Assembly (NCBI GenBank): GCA_002104905.1
Contig: MCFE01000063.1
Coordinates: forward strand, 124,001-188,000
Length of the DNA: 64,000 bases
Direction of reading: 5' to 3'
DNA from: Basidiobolus meristosporus CBS 931.73
Lineage: Eukaryota > Fungi > Basidiobolomycota
Shown here: piece after piece, positions 62,763 to 64,000 of the stretch
How positions within the stretch are numbered: position 1 is the stretch's first letter
Layout: every line of letters starts with the position of its first letter
The notes under the pieces: generated by a model
What the model was told of the DNA's origin: nothing
Database searches by the model: none
The model's input: only the letters and a program-made list of their open reading frames with translations
Program-made: the position numbers and the translations under genes

Positions 62763-63142
62763 GTGTTAGGGGGGGACAGTCACCAACAGGTGAAATCTTT
62801 ATTTCAGTTGAAACAAAGAAGCCAGCGCTACTGTTGTAGCTTTGATACAAGAGTGTGTAACTGAGGGGAATTTGTAGGTAAGTTAATAAGCAGTGATGAT
62901 AGCTCTTCAGTGCTCAAGACACTGTTCAGTGGGAAGGGGGGTAGCAAGAGAGGTACGAATGACTTGTGAACAACATTAATGAGGGGAATATGATAAGGAT
63001 TGATATTCATCATAAAGGGAGTGTGCTGCTGCAGATATTGCTGCCAAAGGTCTGTCAAGTACTTCAGGTAGGCCAGCTTGGGTTTTTCTGACTGCAGAAT
63101 AAATTCAGCAAACTTCTTGACTTCAGGATCTCCAAGTATAGT
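62763..63142 (-). mobile_element. 5'-truncated non-LTR retrotransposon 3' end, copy 2
   Basis: About 7 mismatches to copy 3 over ~370 bp; its truncated 5' end abuts the 3' end of copy 3. Confidence 0.85.
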
Positions 63143-64000
63143 AGGGGGAGACAGTCACCAACAGGTGAAATCTTTATTTCAGTTGAAACAAAGAAGCCAG
63201 CGCTACTGTTGTAGCTTTGATACAAGAGTGTGTAGCTGAGGGGAATTTGTAGGTAAGTTAATAAGAAGTGATGATAGTTCTTCAGTGCTCAAGACACTGT
63301 TCAGTGGGAAGGGGGGTAGCAAGAGTGGTAAGAATGACTTGTGAACAACATTAATGAGGGGAATGTGATAAGGATTGATATTCATCATAAAGGGAGTGTG
63401 CTGCTGCAGATATTGCTGCCAAAGGTCTGTCAAGTACCTCAGGTAGGCCAGCTTGGGTTTTTCTGACTGCAGAATAAATTCAGCAAACTTCTTGACTTCA
63501 GGATCTCCAAGTATAGTTCTCCAGCAGGAGCCAGGTGCTGTGTGGTGTGTTCTCTTCCAGGCCTTAATCAGTGGGTTGTTGCAGTTGTGAAGTCTGAGGT
63601 ATAATCTGGTTCTAAGGTAGAGAAGTCTGATCTTATAGGGCATAAACCCAAAAGCACCAAGAATAGCATGTCTGTAGGGGCATTCAGGCAAATGAGGCAC
63701 CAAGGAGGTAATGCACCATACTGCAAACTTGTCAAGCTTAGTGCAGTCTCTAGAAGTAAGAGAGAGAAGTGGTAAGCCAAATTCCAGGACAGGGAAGTCA
63801 AACTGCTTGAGTAAAAGGAGGCAGCTGGGAGCTGAAGTTGTAGGAGGAGTAACAGCCAGTAGCTTGTGGAGTGCCTGTCTTGCCATGATAATTCTCTTCT
63901 TCAGGTGTGCTCCAGAGTCTAGTCCAGTAGGAAGGAAAGGAAAGCCAAGATATGTAGCAGAAACTTGAGCAGGTAGAGTGGAGTTCTCCAAGTTGGGTTA
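63143..64000 (-). mobile_element. Non-LTR retrotransposon, RT C-terminal/thumb region and 3' UTR, copy 3 (runs to the window edge)
   Basis: 262-aa ORF with YLG...RIIMARQAL...PVLEFGLPL...LGAFGFMPYKIR, resembling the LINE RT thumb region. Multicopy; AATAAA in the 3' UTR. An in-frame TAA sits at 63998-64000. Confidence 0.8.

Noticed and set aside
1-64000. tRNA, rRNA, CRISPR arrays, bacterial operons
   Set aside because: None seen by eye. The DNA is spliced and eukaryotic, and the repeats lack a repeat-spacer structure. tRNAscan-SE or Infernal would be needed to exclude small RNAs.

Overview
Eukaryotic DNA from an intron-rich fungus, with short introns mostly about 40-90 nt. The gene set (velvet, MGM101, Kch1 family, AA11 LPMOs, PL14, chymotrypsin-family S1 proteases) suggests an early-diverging lineage; a Basidiobolus-like zoopagomycete would fit, but that is inference. 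A ~60 kb block of about 25 genes mixes housekeeping genes (MGM101, COX5, p24, NIF3, ALG12, SLP1, rhomboid, PCNA, NUP170, ECM15, GLO2) with secreted or surface proteins (two S1 proteases, a group XII PLA2-like protein, PL14, two AA11 LPMOs, a GlpQ-like GDPD). The block is flanked on both sides by sharply bounded, almost CpG-free DNA; the right flank is a head-to-tail stack of non-LTR retrotransposon 3' ends. The most interesting observations are: (1) a cytosolic MIR/beta-trefoil protein whose N-terminus has a prion-protein-like layout of oligopeptide repeats, Lys cluster and Ala/Gly hydrophobic core; (2) an AA11 pair that is near-identical only from the signal-peptide cleavage site through the catalytic domain; (3) a His-to-Lys sPLA2 pseudoenzyme; (4) a protease pair sharing Asn189 but with different S1 pockets; (5) the CpG-purged flanks. 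Gene models were spliced by eye, so boundaries may be off by a few bases, and family calls rest on motif recognition without database searches.
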